NCBI RefSeq assembly: GCF_000143415.4
Contig: NW_003314276.1
Span: 1,075,434 to 1,139,433, forward strand
Length of the DNA: 64,000 nt
Reading direction: 5' to 3'
Source: Selaginella moellendorffii
Taxonomy: Eukaryota > Plantae > Lycopodiophyta
Position 1 is the first letter of the stretch, and every line of letters begins with the position of its first letter. Positions 36,294-48,049 of this stretch are shown here, in pieces. The translations under genes and the position numbers were made by a program. Under the pieces are notes generated by a model. That model was not told the DNA's origin, made no database searches, and saw nothing but the letters and a program-made list of their open reading frames with translations.

Positions 36294-38036
36294 ATGAGGA
36301 GCAGTGACGCAATTGTACAACACATCAAAGCTTGCGCCAGGCTCCCCAATCTCGATCGAGCAGCCCAGATCCATCGCCACATTCTAGACGACCCACACCT
36401 CCAGCACGATCGCCTCCTCGCCAATCTTCTCATCAATCTCTATGCCCAATGCGGCAGCCTCAGCCACGCCAAATCCACCTTCGATTCCATCCAATCCCCA
36501 AATCCCTTCTCCTGGAATCTCCTCCTGCAAGCCTATGCCCAGAGCGATCGCCTCCAAGATGCCGCTGCTGCCTTCCGCAAGATGCCGGCCAGGGGCATTG
36601 TTTCCTGGACCTCGATCCTCGCGGCATTTTCCAGGAGTGGGCATTTGGAAGAGACCTGGAGCTTGTTCTTGGAGATGCCCTGCCGGGACGTGGTGGCCTG
36701 GACGACGATGCTCGTGGCTACGATCCAAGCCGGGCTCGTCAGCCACGCATCCCAGATCTTCCACAAGCTGCCCCAGTTCGATGTGATCTCTTCCACCGCC
36801 ATGCTCCAATCACTCGCCAAGGACCCGTCGATGCAGCGCCACGCCAAGGAGCTCTTCGATTCCATGCCCGAGCGCAACGCATTCTCCTGGAACGCGATGC
36901 TCCAAGCCTGTGTTCTTCACGGAGGCAGCGATCAAACGAGGGATTTCTTCCACCAGATGCCGCAGAGGGACGCGGTGTCGTGGAATCTGCTCGTCGCGGC
37001 CGCGGCCCAGGCAGGGATGAGCGATGAGATGACCACGACCTTCGAGAGAATGCCGCAGTATGATATTTCGACCTGGAACCAGCTGCTTGGATGCTTCTCT
37101 GATCTTGGAGAGCTGGAGCAAGCCGAGACGATCTTTTTCACCCGAGCTCCCCAGCGCAATGCGCTCTCCTGGATGTCGATGATCCACGCCTACAACCGCA
37201 AGAATCTCCCGGACAGAGCGAACTCCACCTTCCATCGCATGCCGGCATGGAACGATTTCGCCTGGGTCGCGATCATCCAAGCCAACGCTGCCAAAGGCGA
37301 TCTCCCCCAAGCGCAGACCCTGTTCCACACCATGCCGGCCAAGAATCTCTTCGCCTGGAGCGCCATGGTCCAGGCAGCGGCATCCTCGTCCTCGGATCAC
37401 TCCCAGCGCCTCGCCCGGCGATATTTCGATCGAATGCCGCAGCGGGACGTCGTGTCGTGGGTCGCCATGGCCGCATCGAGCGCACGGCTGGGAAACCTGG
37501 AATCCGCGCTCGAAATCGTCGAGCAAATACCCGACAAGAACATCATCTCCTGGACCGCGATCATCCAGGCGCTCATCCGGAGCGGCTACCATGCCCAGGC
37601 GCTCGATCTCTTCCTCGCGATGCAGCAACTAGGGATCCATCCCAACGAGGTAACCTTCCTCGCGGTTCTTACTGGCTGTAGCCACGCCGGGCTAGTGGAT
37701 CGAGCCCGCGACCTCGTGCTCTCGATGGGCCAGTCGTACGGGATGTGGCCGTCCATGGACCTCTACCTGTGCATGGTGGACGTGCTGGCACGGGCAGAGC
37801 GGCTGGAGCTGGCCGAGGAGCTCATCCGTACAATGCCGTACTTCCCCGATGACGTGGCATGGACGTCGCTACTGTCCGCGTGTAACTCCAACGGCGACCG
37901 GGCAGGCGGTGCCCGAGCTGCCCGAGAGATCGTACGGATGGTCGCGGGCGATGGCACGCCGTACGTCCTTCTCTCCAACACGCATGCTCAAAGCGATGGC
38001 AATGGAGCTTTAGATTTTTCGTCCTTCGATTTGTGA
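36294..38036 (+). CDS. PLS-class PPR protein with E domain, no DYW
   Basis: Repeated 'F..MP.R..vSWn.m' motifs, PNEVTFLAVLTGCSHAG and YVLLSNTHA. ATG at 36294. Confidence 0.92.
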   Translation: MRSSDAIVQHIKACARLPNLDRAAQIHRHILDDPHLQHDRLLANLLINLYAQCGSLSHAKSTFDSIQSPNPFSWNLLLQAYAQSDRLQDAAAAFRKMPARGIVSWTSILAAFSRSGHLEETWSLFLEMPCRDVVAWTTMLVATIQAGLVSHASQIFHKLPQFDVISSTAMLQSLAKDPSMQRHAKELFDSMPERNAFSWNAMLQACVLHGGSDQTRDFFHQMPQRDAVSWNLLVAAAAQAGMSDEMTTTFERMPQYDISTWNQLLGCFSDLGELEQAETIFFTRAPQRNALSWMSMIHAYNRKNLPDRANSTFHRMPAWNDFAWVAIIQANAAKGDLPQAQTLFHTMPAKNLFAWSAMVQAAASSSSDHSQRLARRYFDRMPQRDVVSWVAMAASSARLGNLESALEIVEQIPDKNIISWTAIIQALIRSGYHAQALDLFLAMQQLGIHPNEVTFLAVLTGCSHAGLVDRARDLVLSMGQSYGMWPSMDLYLCMVDVLARAERLELAEELIRTMPYFPDDVAWTSLLSACNSNGDRAGGARAAREIVRMVAGDGTPYVLLSNTHAQSDGNGALDFSSFDL

Positions 38037-38091
38037 CAACTATATAGTAACAAACAGTGTGAGGTTTTGTATACTGAAAGATCTTCTCCCA

Positions 38092-39283
38092 TCACTCTTC
38101 CGTGATCCTGGATCGATAGCTTCGACTTTTCTGGTTCTTGGAGCTCGGCTGTGCGTTTTCTTCCATGGCCACACCCTCGTCTTCCAATCCTCTAGCGGCG
38201 AAGCTCACAGAAGTAGCGCTGCCGCTTGGAGTAGTCGAGTCCTTGGTCGATCCACCAGGCTTGGATGATCCAGCTCTCTCTTTGTTTGCTCGAGGAACGA
38301 AGGGGACGTGCTGTGGAAGCTCAAAAGGCTGCTCTTCTTCTCCTTCATTCTTAGCAGAATTGATGGCCGCCATGGTGGATTGCCACGCCTGGACGTTGTT
38401 GCTATTGCCTTCTTCCCCCCAGTCAAGAGTGTAGTGCGTATACTTCTCTGGATGCCTTACGTGATGAGGAACGTTTCTGTAGCGATCGATCCCAGCTCTC
38501 TGGCGATGACCACCATCATCTCTCGGAGTTCTTCGCGTTTTCTGGTTCTCCTCCTCTACTGCAAACCTGACCTTCTTCTGTGGACGATCGTCACGGCTTT
38601 CGTTCTTCCTCTTGTCACTAGAGTCTGAAGTCCGAGTTCCACTACTTTTCGGCCTGGAACTCGAACTTCTCCTGTGCAAATCCTCGGTCCTATGCAAATC
38701 CGGTGTGGTGCCATTGATCTTGGCTTCTCTCGCTTCTGCGAGACGATCTGCTGCTGCTGCTTTGCGCGATGCTAGATCATCTCGAGCCATAAAGCTGGCG
38801 CCGGAAAGAACACTCAAGCTGTCAAAACTTGCCTTGACATCGCTTGTGTAGAGCCGATCACCAGCGCCCTCTCTTCCCACAGCCACCTTATCATACTCGT
38901 CCTCTTCATCCTGGGGTATATGAAAGATCAAACAAAGCAACAAAAAACTAAGAACACTGGGCATTTTTCTCCAAGATTTTCTTGCTTACCTCGTAATCCA
39001 GAGTGGTGTCCATGCCGACCATAGCTTGCACTCGAATCATCTCTTCTTCTTCGTCCACATTCTCGTCCCCATTCTCGTCCTGCCTCACCCTCTTCGTCGC
39101 CTGCTCCTCCTCAGACCTAAAACTCGACGAGCAAGTCGGCCCTTCGTCCTCGTCGTCACTGTTCGCCGCTGGCCGCCATTGCTGCCGCTCCAGCTGCGTG
39201 CCACTGACGGACCACAGCGATGGCGCGCTTCCATTCCCCAGCCCGCCAAACACCTGATCCAATCTGCTCTGGAATCCCTCCAT
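38092..39283 (-). CDS. TSSC4-like (U5 snRNP-associated) protein, 2 exons
   Basis: Intron 38911-38989 (GT-AG) joins ...VGMDTTLDYE/DEEDEYDKVA. Contains the motif VPHHVRHPEKYTHYTLDW. Confidence 0.75.
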
Positions 39284-39440
39284 TTTTCCCAAGAACCCTA
39301 ACTTTGCCGGGGACAAAACTTTAAACCCTATGTCAGATCCACGGTCACAGAGCCCGCCACGTGTCACAAATTCAAATATTTGAATTTTAGGGCGAGTAAT
39401 TTGCGAAGATGGCTAGAGATCTTTCGATCTTTGGCATTGA

Positions 39441-41654
39441 TCACCGCCTGCCGTGGATCGAATTGTATCTATTGTTGTGTTGAGCGTGATGCAATTTGCT
39501 GCTCGCGCTGGCTTTCGCGGCCTTTGGACCTCCTTTCCCTTTGGGAAGATCCGTGAGCTCCATCACTTGAACTGTTCTTTGCTTCTTGGCTACACACATC
39601 GAGTTGCAAATCTCTCAACACCTCGAGCAAAGAATCAAAAGAGATGAGAAATTTACCATGCTCTGCCTGTTTGTAGCCTTCATGTAGCTTTCTCTTAGCA
39701 GCCGCAAGCTTATCAGTCGATCCACCGGCCTGGAAAGTTTGCCAAAGTTTTTCGAGCGAAGAAAAACTCCAGGAGATGGAAGAGAAAGAATACCTTGCTT
39801 GAGCTGCTCATCTTGCAGCTCTGTATCCTCTCATCAACACTCCTCTTGCTGGCTGATGGAAGAGGCGTAGACGACGATTTTGGTTTCGAGACGGACGCTA
39901 CGCCGGGCTTCATCGAGCGAGACGTGTTGCTCGTCGCTGCCCTGTGTCTCTGATCGTCCGGCCTTTGCTGCTTCGCAGCAACACTGCCGCTACCAGAGCT
40001 GTGCTTCCCATTCGCAGCAGCAGCTACTGCTCCTCCTGCTTGGCTTCCTCTAAATCCATTTTGCTGTTGCGAAGTCGACACTTTTGCCCTGCTCGATTCC
40101 CTCTCACCGCTTCTTTTGCTGTCCGAGTTCTTCGAGCTATCCTTTCTGCTAACGCTAACCTGTTGCTTGTTTTTTCTGTCCGCCTCCGACTCGCCAGTCT
40201 TCCTGCTTACCGCCGCTGCTGGCTTTGTCTCTTCCGGCGAGTGCGCGTCCTCATAAATTCCTCTCACCCAGTCGCCAGAGCTTCCTCGTCGGGGCTTCTC
40301 GTTCATATCTCCGGAGCCAGCAGCTGTTACATTCATTAACACAACATGTGAGGAAACTCGAGCTGGAAAGGAAGAGATGACTTACACATATCATCCTCAA
40401 TAAAATCGAAGAGCTGGAGAAAACGATCACTTAGACTAAGAGGACAAAGTGCTATTAGCTAGCTCGAAAGCTTACCTTGTTGACTTCCAAAGGAGCCGTC
40501 CCGGCAGCGAGGAGCTCGCCTTCGTCAACAGGTGGAGAAGGCAATCCATAGTTATTGTCAAAATGGCCTGCGGATTAAATTGAGAAACACAAAAGAAGCG
40601 AAATTTCATTTAATCACGAACCTGTAGCATTAGTACCACCAGCAAAATGCTCTGCACTCTTGGTCCATTCTTCAGCAAGAGTCTTCCATCCACTGTTTAT
40701 AAGAAGAAAAGAATTTTTTCCAGAGTTTAGCTAGAGAGAACTAAAGAAAGAAGAAGTCGGGCAAAGAAAACCTGACGAGGCGTTTCACAATGGATCGTAC
40801 TCTCAAGGACGGATGCTTGCGCAGATTGTTCACCGGTCTTCCAATCTCAGTAGCCTGCGCGCCACCAAACAAACGTCACAAACCGAGCACGCAAAGGAGC
40901 AAAGCAATGCACATAAAAATCTCCACTCCACGCTACCTTGAGAGCCTCGAACGAGATGTGCATGCTCTCCAATCTCTCCAGCGCCTCGCAGAGATAATCC
41001 TCCTGGAAGAAGAAGAAGAGACCACAAAGTTACTTCTTCCAGTCGATCGATCACCAATAAAAACGAGTAAGAGAAACCAAGACCAACCTCGTCTGCGAAG
41101 TGGGAGATTTGGTTCTTGATCCGGTTGATCTCTTTGATCCTCCGAGACTCCTCCTCCATCTCGTCCGTGAGAGCTTCCACGTCCATGTAGCTACAATCCG
41201 CCTTGGATTTTCTCCTGTTTCTAGACTGTTCTTGGTCGGCATTATCATCCTGGTCGTCGTGTTCTTCCTCCTGGTCCTCCTCTTCGTCCACGACCTCCAC
41301 CTCCTCCTCCTCCTCCAAATCCTCCTCGTCCTCGCGAAGAGCTCCTCCTCCCGACACCACCAGCTTGTTCTCCACGACATCATCCTCCTCGTCCTCGTCC
41401 TCGTCCTCCTCGCCATCGCCACCGTCGGATCTAGACATGGCTCCTCCGCCATTCTCCTCCTCCTCCCCCTCGCCATCGTCGCACTCGCACAGCCCTGTGA
41501 GATGCGCCGTCGGGCAGAACATCTTCTCCGTGAACTTGTCCCGCCGCGCGCGCAGCTCCGCCGGCTGCTCCACGGCCGCGATGGTGATCGCGCGATCGAT
41601 CACGGTCCAGATGTCCGATCCAGAGCTCTGGAAGAAGGATTTCCACTTGTCCAT
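39441..41654 (-). CDS. MED26: Mediator subunit 26-like / TFIIS N-terminal domain protein, multi-exon
   Basis: MDKWKSFF..SGSDIWTVIDRAITIAA, acidic tract, ALK/ATEIGRPVNNLRKHPS, KLAAAKRKLHEGYKQAE and AKKQRTVQVMELTDLP. Confidence 0.85.
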
Positions 41655-41970
41655 GGGCTCTCCCGCGCGGCGGCGCCGCCGGGAATTGGATCGCCGCGCC
41701 GCCCTTTTCCTGCCCGCCCGCGCCGCAAGGGAATCACAAACCTTTTTCGCAGCTGCCGCGATCAATGCACGCCATATCCGGTCTCCTCCTCTCTAGCGTC
41801 GCGATCCAACCCTACTTACACCAAATCCAAGCCTCCATTCCCAATTCCCCCACTGCGACAAAAATCCTGGGGATTTGATTTTGGGGGTTTGGGTTTGTGG
41901 GAGTTTTTTCTTGGTTTTCCTTTTTGCCCTTTTTCTTTTTTGGGTGGTTTTCTCAGTAAAATTCTCCAAC

Positions 41971-42376
41971 GAATATTCGACCATCGTTCACGCGCATGCG
42001 TCCGTATCTACACATGTAGTATTTTGCTTGTATGTGATTTAAGAACATCTAAGTAAATACGTCTGTCAATCTTGTGGCCGGGAATATTCGACTACGGAAC
42101 CAAGTTTCACGCGCATGCGCTCTTCCGATACGTATATACACGTTTTTCACTACCTAGTACAGAAAGCTCGCAAATTAAAAAGAACTAAAACGTAGAAAAA
42201 AGCTAACCATTGTTTTACTGTCGATCCAACACCCGGACAAGCGCAACCGCACTGCCGCCTCCACAGAGCCGCGTAAAAACTCTCAGTGCTAGCTGTCATG
42301 GCCGAATCGCAGCCGCAACTTTTTTGTCCACATGGCAAAATCTCCGGGCCCCTCCGGTACGGTGCAGGGAATATAC
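41971..42376. promoter_or_regulatory. Four P1BS (GNATATNC) motifs in the MED26/GASA divergent promoter
   Basis: Exact matches at 41971, 42082, 42132 and 42369. TATAAA at about 42388. Confidence 0.6.
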
Positions 42377-42503
42377 CCAGGTTTGAATATAAATGCGCAG
42401 GGATTTACCCCGGTGTGCGTTCTACACACGGAGAGAGCGAGCGGCGAAGAAAAGGAGGAGAGAGAGGGCGGGTTTTGGAAGAACAGAGTGCTGCAGCGAA
42501 GCT

Positions 42504-43089
42504 ATGGCTTCTCGAGTGCTGGGTTTTGCGATTCTCGTCTTCCTGGTGGCAGCATTCCAGGTCTGGATGGTATTTCTTCTCCCATCTACTTTCTCATCTC
42601 TTTGCTCTTTCTTGCCTGTGACAGATCTCCGCTGTGTCCTCAATGATCCAGGTTCGAGCTTCACTCCCCAGCCTCGAGCTCAATCCATTGCCGTAGATCG
42701 AGGCAACGCCCAAGTTGTGTGTATTGACAAAGACGAGTGTGTTTTGTTGTGTGGTTTTGGCAGGGTTCTACGGGCCGGAGCCGCCAACTTCTGGCCAAGA
42801 TAGGTGAGAAGATCGATGGGGAGTGTCCCATTCTCGGGAAAACTTCGCTAAAGTTCTTGGGTTTTGTTGCTCTCCACTCGATCGTGAACTTAGAAGCTGT
42901 CTTGCAGATTGCGCGCAGGCTTGCACCTCTCGGTGCGCGGTGGCGTCGGTTCACGACCGGTGTATGAACTACTGCGGGATCTGCTGCCAGAGCTGCAACT
43001 GCGTGCCGTCGGGCCACTACGGGAACAAAGACGAGTGCAGCTGCTACCGGGACAAGAAGAACAGCAAGGGGAAAGCAAAATGCCCCTGA
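42504..43089 (+). CDS. GASA/Snakin cysteine-rich peptide, 4 exons
   Basis: Signal peptide [19 protein letters not shown] and 12-Cys domain CAQACTSRC...[14 protein letters not shown]...CSCYRD...KCP. Confidence 0.93.
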
Positions 43090-43664
43090 GCGGCATTACA
43101 ATCAAAACCAAAGTGAGGCAAACGACTTGTGACTCTACATTAACTAATACATACTAGGCTCGTTTTTTGTGCTTCTTTCCCGAGACAAAAGCTACAAAAA
43201 AGCGTTGTATCCACCTGGAACTCTCAGCTTTTTAAAAAGTAATCAAATCTGGAAGTACGGAAATGAGGAAAGAGAAAATGGCTTCCAGCCATGATGGCGG
43301 GCTTCTCTTTCAGTAGCAGAATATTCTATGGCTCTCCGATCTGTGAGCTATAAGATGTGATGTGACACTGCACAAATGTCACCAGCTGTTTTCCTTGCGA
43401 TTACATTAACTTTGGAAGGGGAGGACTGAAGTCTGGACTGGAAAGTGAGAGCATAATAATAATATCAATAATAATAATAACTATTATTATTATTACTAAT
43501 TATTATTGAAGAAGAATAGAATTTCTACATGAAACCAGCTACCGACAAACAAAAACTCTATTATACTACCCAGGTCCTCGACAAGAATTCGCTCTCGTAG
43601 CAACAACACACCGATACTAATCATACAGATCGAGAGCGATGGGAAAAGCTCTTGCAAATGCCAC

Positions 43665-44218
43665 TCACGGGCATTTGTCACCGCCTCGCGAGTTCTTCTT
43701 GTCTCGGTAGCAGGGGCACTCGTCCTCGTTTCCCGAATGCCCCGACGGCACGCAGTGGCACTCGACGCAGCAGATGTTGCAGTACTTGAGGCACCGCTTG
43801 TGGAGATTTGCGACCAGGCACCTCGTCTCGCACGCGGACGTGCAGTCTACAAATGCCACAGAGCAGATCTACATAAGCTTCGGCGCGCCAGAGAAACAGA
43901 AACAAAAAAAAGAAGAGAAACCACAGAGAACGTACTTAATGGAGCTGCTGGAGCTGGAACTGGAGAGACTGGAGACGGAACTGGAGAGACTGGAGCTGGA
44001 ACTGGCGCTGGGGATGGAACAGTAGCAGGAGCAGCGGGAGTGGTGTCTAGAACCTGCATTCACCATAAATGGGGAGATCTCGTTCATATCACCCGCTCTG
44101 GAAACTTTAAGGAGGCATAAAAATGTACCTCCCGAGATTCCTCGTTCGATCCGGTGGCCGCTGCTGCTGCGCAGAGGAGAAACAGCAGCACCATCGCGTT
44201 GACAAACGGGGAGGCCAT
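43665..44218 (-). CDS. GASA/Snakin peptide with Pro/Ala-rich linker, 3 exons
   Basis: Signal peptide [33 protein letters not shown] linker and 12-Cys domain ending KCP. Confidence 0.92.
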
Positions 44219-44404
44219 GATATCTTGTCTTGAATCGGACTTTCTCTTCACCAAAACGTTGGAATCTAGCGAGGACTAAGACTCTGTATGTGGGGTGTGT
44301 GGTCAACACACAAAACACTAGTAAGACTAGGAAGGAATATCTCCAGGCCGTCTTAAATATCCACGCCTCGCGACACAGCTGCGCCCAGCTGGAAAAGACG
44401 AACG

Positions 44405-44530
44405 GAATATGCCGCGAGCCAAAGATGCCGGAGCATATCCCGAGGTCGCGTCAGCCCTAATATGCCGGAGGCATATTCGCCCCTGCCGGCCGTTATCGTC
44501 GCGTCAGCCCTAATATGCCGGGGCATATTC
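44405..44530. promoter_or_regulatory. Four P1BS motifs in a duplicated palindromic module upstream of GASA2
   Basis: GAATATGC at 44405, GCATATCC at 44433, GCATATTC at 44471 and 44523. Confidence 0.65.
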
Positions 44531-46588
44531 GCCCATGGCCTGGAGGGCGACACATGTCAACTAAGTCAGAAGTGGAGATTTGGAATGGATCGATACATCG
44601 GTATTAGGTGTCGACTATTTATCAAGTCGTGTACGTCTGATCGAAGGTTGGCGGAGACGCCTCCTTTGGTTTTTTCGTTCCACATTGACGCCATAGTTAT
44701 TAGGGGATGAGAAAAAAAGCTGGCAAGAGATTGATCTCATCACTCGCTATCGTTCACTCTTGGCGCTCTCAGGGTAGAGCCGTGAGGAGCTATCAAACAA
44801 TTTGACAACACTCCCCAAGAGATAAAGAGGAAGAGTACACCCTCCGTACGCCCACCGTTTGGTTTTTTTTTCTCCTAGGCAGCTGCCACTGTGGCCCATT
44901 TGGAGTTAAACCCTCTCACACACAATTCATGTGTGGAGCCCCAAGCCCTAGAAGAGTCAAAACACATGGCTCCAGATAACTCCAACAAGTGACCCATGAC
45001 ACGGAACTTTCGCGGGTTCTTTCCTTGGCGGCAATAATTTCAAAAAAAATCGAAAGTTTTTCGAAAATTTGAAAACCTAAACCCTATCTGGCGCGCCATC
45101 GTTGATCCAGCGGCTCAGGTACGGGGAGTGTCGCCATTGTGGCGCGAGGGCCACCCCTCCAAAACCCCACATCCTTCTCTCTTTTTTTTTGCTCTCTCAC
45201 TCGACGCGCGTGGTGGCGGCCTTTCCTTCGTCTCTGATCTGGCCCCTTTTCTTTTGTCTCATCCTTTTTCTCGTGTCGATCAATCCCGGGCCGTGCCAAA
45301 TGTGCGGCAACGATTTCGTCCAAATGGAGCGATCGAGAGCTTGATCCTATAGGTGGCGCCCTGGAAGCCCAATGCCACGAAGAACAGAGAGCGCAAGCCC
45401 TGCCAAAATCGCGAAATCCCAAAAAGCTGGCGCAGCCACGCCAAAACCACGTAAGTTTCTGGAAAGGGCGACGGAGGAAGAAGGTCACCAGATCACAGCG
45501 CAGAGAAAATGGAATGGATTGGGATTGGACCACCCGAGTCGAGCGCAAGAAAACGAAAACATAAATATGAGCTAGAGTCGGCAACTTTGACGAGGCTCGC
45601 AACATCCTCCATCCTCGAGAATCTAGATGTTTCAAGCCAGGCTTTTGTTTGATTCGGGCAAGCATAGACGAAATCATAGCTTTTAGTGATTCGGAGAACA
45701 AAGAAGTTGGAACCACGAAAGAACAAGCCTCGCTGTGAGTGTTCCTGGCGATAGTGGACTGCCGTCGTGGCGAGGCTCGCGACGGAGATTCCCTCACACC
45801 CGGGATGGGAGATTCCTCGCAGTATAATGAAGATCCTTGCGTGCGATCCAAGCGACCCACGGAAACAACACGGACAAAAAAAACCCAAGACCCATCGAAT
45901 CGGAGGAGTTCACATTGTCCACACCACCCAAGTGTTTAGCCTCTAATCTAATCCTCTCAAAAGAAAAAAAAAAAGTGATTTTGTCCGCTTAATTCGCATC
46001 TCCTTGTCAGTGTGGTCCCTAAACAAGCCCTACAATCCGATTCCAAATCCTGCTATGACTTGTAAAGCTCCAAAACAAAGAAAGAAGAGAGTTTTGGAGT
46101 GAATTCTATGTCATCAACTTAATCGTTTCTACCTATGGATTCATCCAGAGAACGATTGCTCTGCCGGTGCATCGGGTCCAGTACGTATGGACTCCCCCGC
46201 AAACCGTGATGACTATACAATCTATGATCTCCTCTTCGATCGATGGATCCCTCCTGGGCGATCGATTGAGGAGGAGGAGGAGGAGTAGCGGCCTACGTAT
46301 GATCCAAGCCGAGAGGAGTAGAGAGAATGCACAGATATCTACAAAATGGTCGCGTGTCGATCGATCGGCCGGCTTGTAGAAAGACCCACCACCACCGTGT
46401 ACGAGACGATCCCAGCGTGACGATCGATCGGTGACGAGACGACGAAGGAGTTTGGATCGCGAGTGGAGGCGATATCCAATCCGATCTTGCGGTGTGTGTG
46501 ATGATCGTATGGTTGATCTTACGTGAGTGTGAGTGTAGACGTGAGTGTAGTGTCTAGTGTATGATCGTAGGCTTGGTGTGGAGTTCTT

Positions 46589-48049
46589 CTAGATGGCGCT
46601 CCCAAAGGGGGCTCTGTGAGGAGTCCCCTTTCGCCGCTTGGCGGTCCTGGTGGGCGGCGGTGTGGGCGGCGATAGCTCGGGCGAATTCACCGCCATGGGA
46701 CTCCCCGGAGGCTTCTTGGATTTCACCACGCGCGCCGCCGCCGCCGCCTCTTCCATGCTCACGCTCGGCGAAGGCGATGGCGATGGCCGCCCCAGCTTGA
46801 GCGTCCCCAGGCTCCTCTGGATGGAGCTCGTGTCGTGATCGATGACTGGAATTTGCGGCCGAGAGGCGCTCTTGGCGATGGTATCCGCTAGATGATCCTC
46901 GTCTTCCTCCCGCGATCGCGAGCTCTGGCTCTGCTGCTGCTGCTGCTGCTGCTGCTGGTGATGATCGATGTGGTGCTCGCCCGCGGTTGTGCCGCTCTTG
47001 CGCGACGATCGCGTCCTCTTTCCTACAATCGTGCTCCCTCCGGAGCTCGTCTCCTCGGAGACGACGCTGCTCCTCGTGGGAACCGCCGGCGCTAGAGGGC
47101 TCTCGACGTGATCCACAGCCGCCATGGCGGTCGTGACGCTTCCTTGCTCGTGAGAAACCTCTTGTTCTTGGCCGTGATGATCATCGGAGACTTGCGGATG
47201 GTGATCCTCGAGAATTTGCTGCTGCTGCTGCTGTGGCGGCTGTGAATTCTTGGGCGGCAAGTGGAAGGTCATGTCATTGTGGCGTCGGATTCCGGTCAAC
47301 TGGAAACGATCAAAGCAAAACTTTTAGTTGGAGATCGAGCAAAGCTTCTCGGTGGAATGGAAAGAAATCCGGTGTTTCTCTTACCTTGCAGCCGAGTGAG
47401 CAGTAGCGAAAGGTGTCGAGCAAGCTCCGGTCGCAAATCTCGCAAGTTTTGGTGACGCCCTTGGCGTGGCGGGGCTGCGGCCGCGCGTTTAGAAACACCA
47501 CTCTCGCGCTGTTGATGATGTATGTTTGCACTCCTCCCAAATCCAAGACCTTTTGGAGCTCCGATACGCGGACAACGTCGTGGTAGGACGACCTCCGGAT
47601 CTACACTCGCCAAATCGCACAGAAAGATTAGAACTTTAGCTCAAGAACAGTGGTTTTTTGAGTTGATCGATCGATTCTCACCTGGACAACGTGATGATCG
47701 CGGTGCTGTGGCGAGCAGCCCGAGCAAAGCGCCTCTCCTCGGCAATCCAGGCAGTAGAGATTGCACTCGTTACGGTTGCTGTCGCCATGGACCTCGCAAG
47801 TGTCGAAGAATTTGGTGGTGAGAAGAGGCCGCAGCCACAGCGGTCCAATTTGGTATCCGGGCTTCTGGGAAGAACAAAAGAGAGAAAAAAAATCGGTGAG
47901 ATTCTCGGCCAGAGTGAAAAGAATTCTCGCTTTTACCAACATTCATCTACACTAAAGAAATCTACTCGGGGGAAACTTACCAATTTCTCCAATTTCGTGG
48001 GCAGGAGGAGCTCCGCGTTGTAAGTCTGGCGGTCGAAATTCACCACCAT
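46589..48049 (-). CDS. PLATZ transcription factor, 4 exons
   Basis: WLRPLL...C..H...[55 protein letters not shown] and [11 protein letters not shown]. Confidence 0.93.

Noticed and set aside
41100-42056. Long hydrophobic plus-strand ORF
   Set aside because: Antisense shadow of the acidic MED26 exon.
43453-43507. (AAT)n/(ATT)n fold-back between the GASA genes
   Set aside because: Low-complexity microsatellite with no evidence of function.
45084-45860. 258-aa ORF and overlapping small ORFs
   Set aside because: No domain similarity recognised, and the composition looks non-coding.
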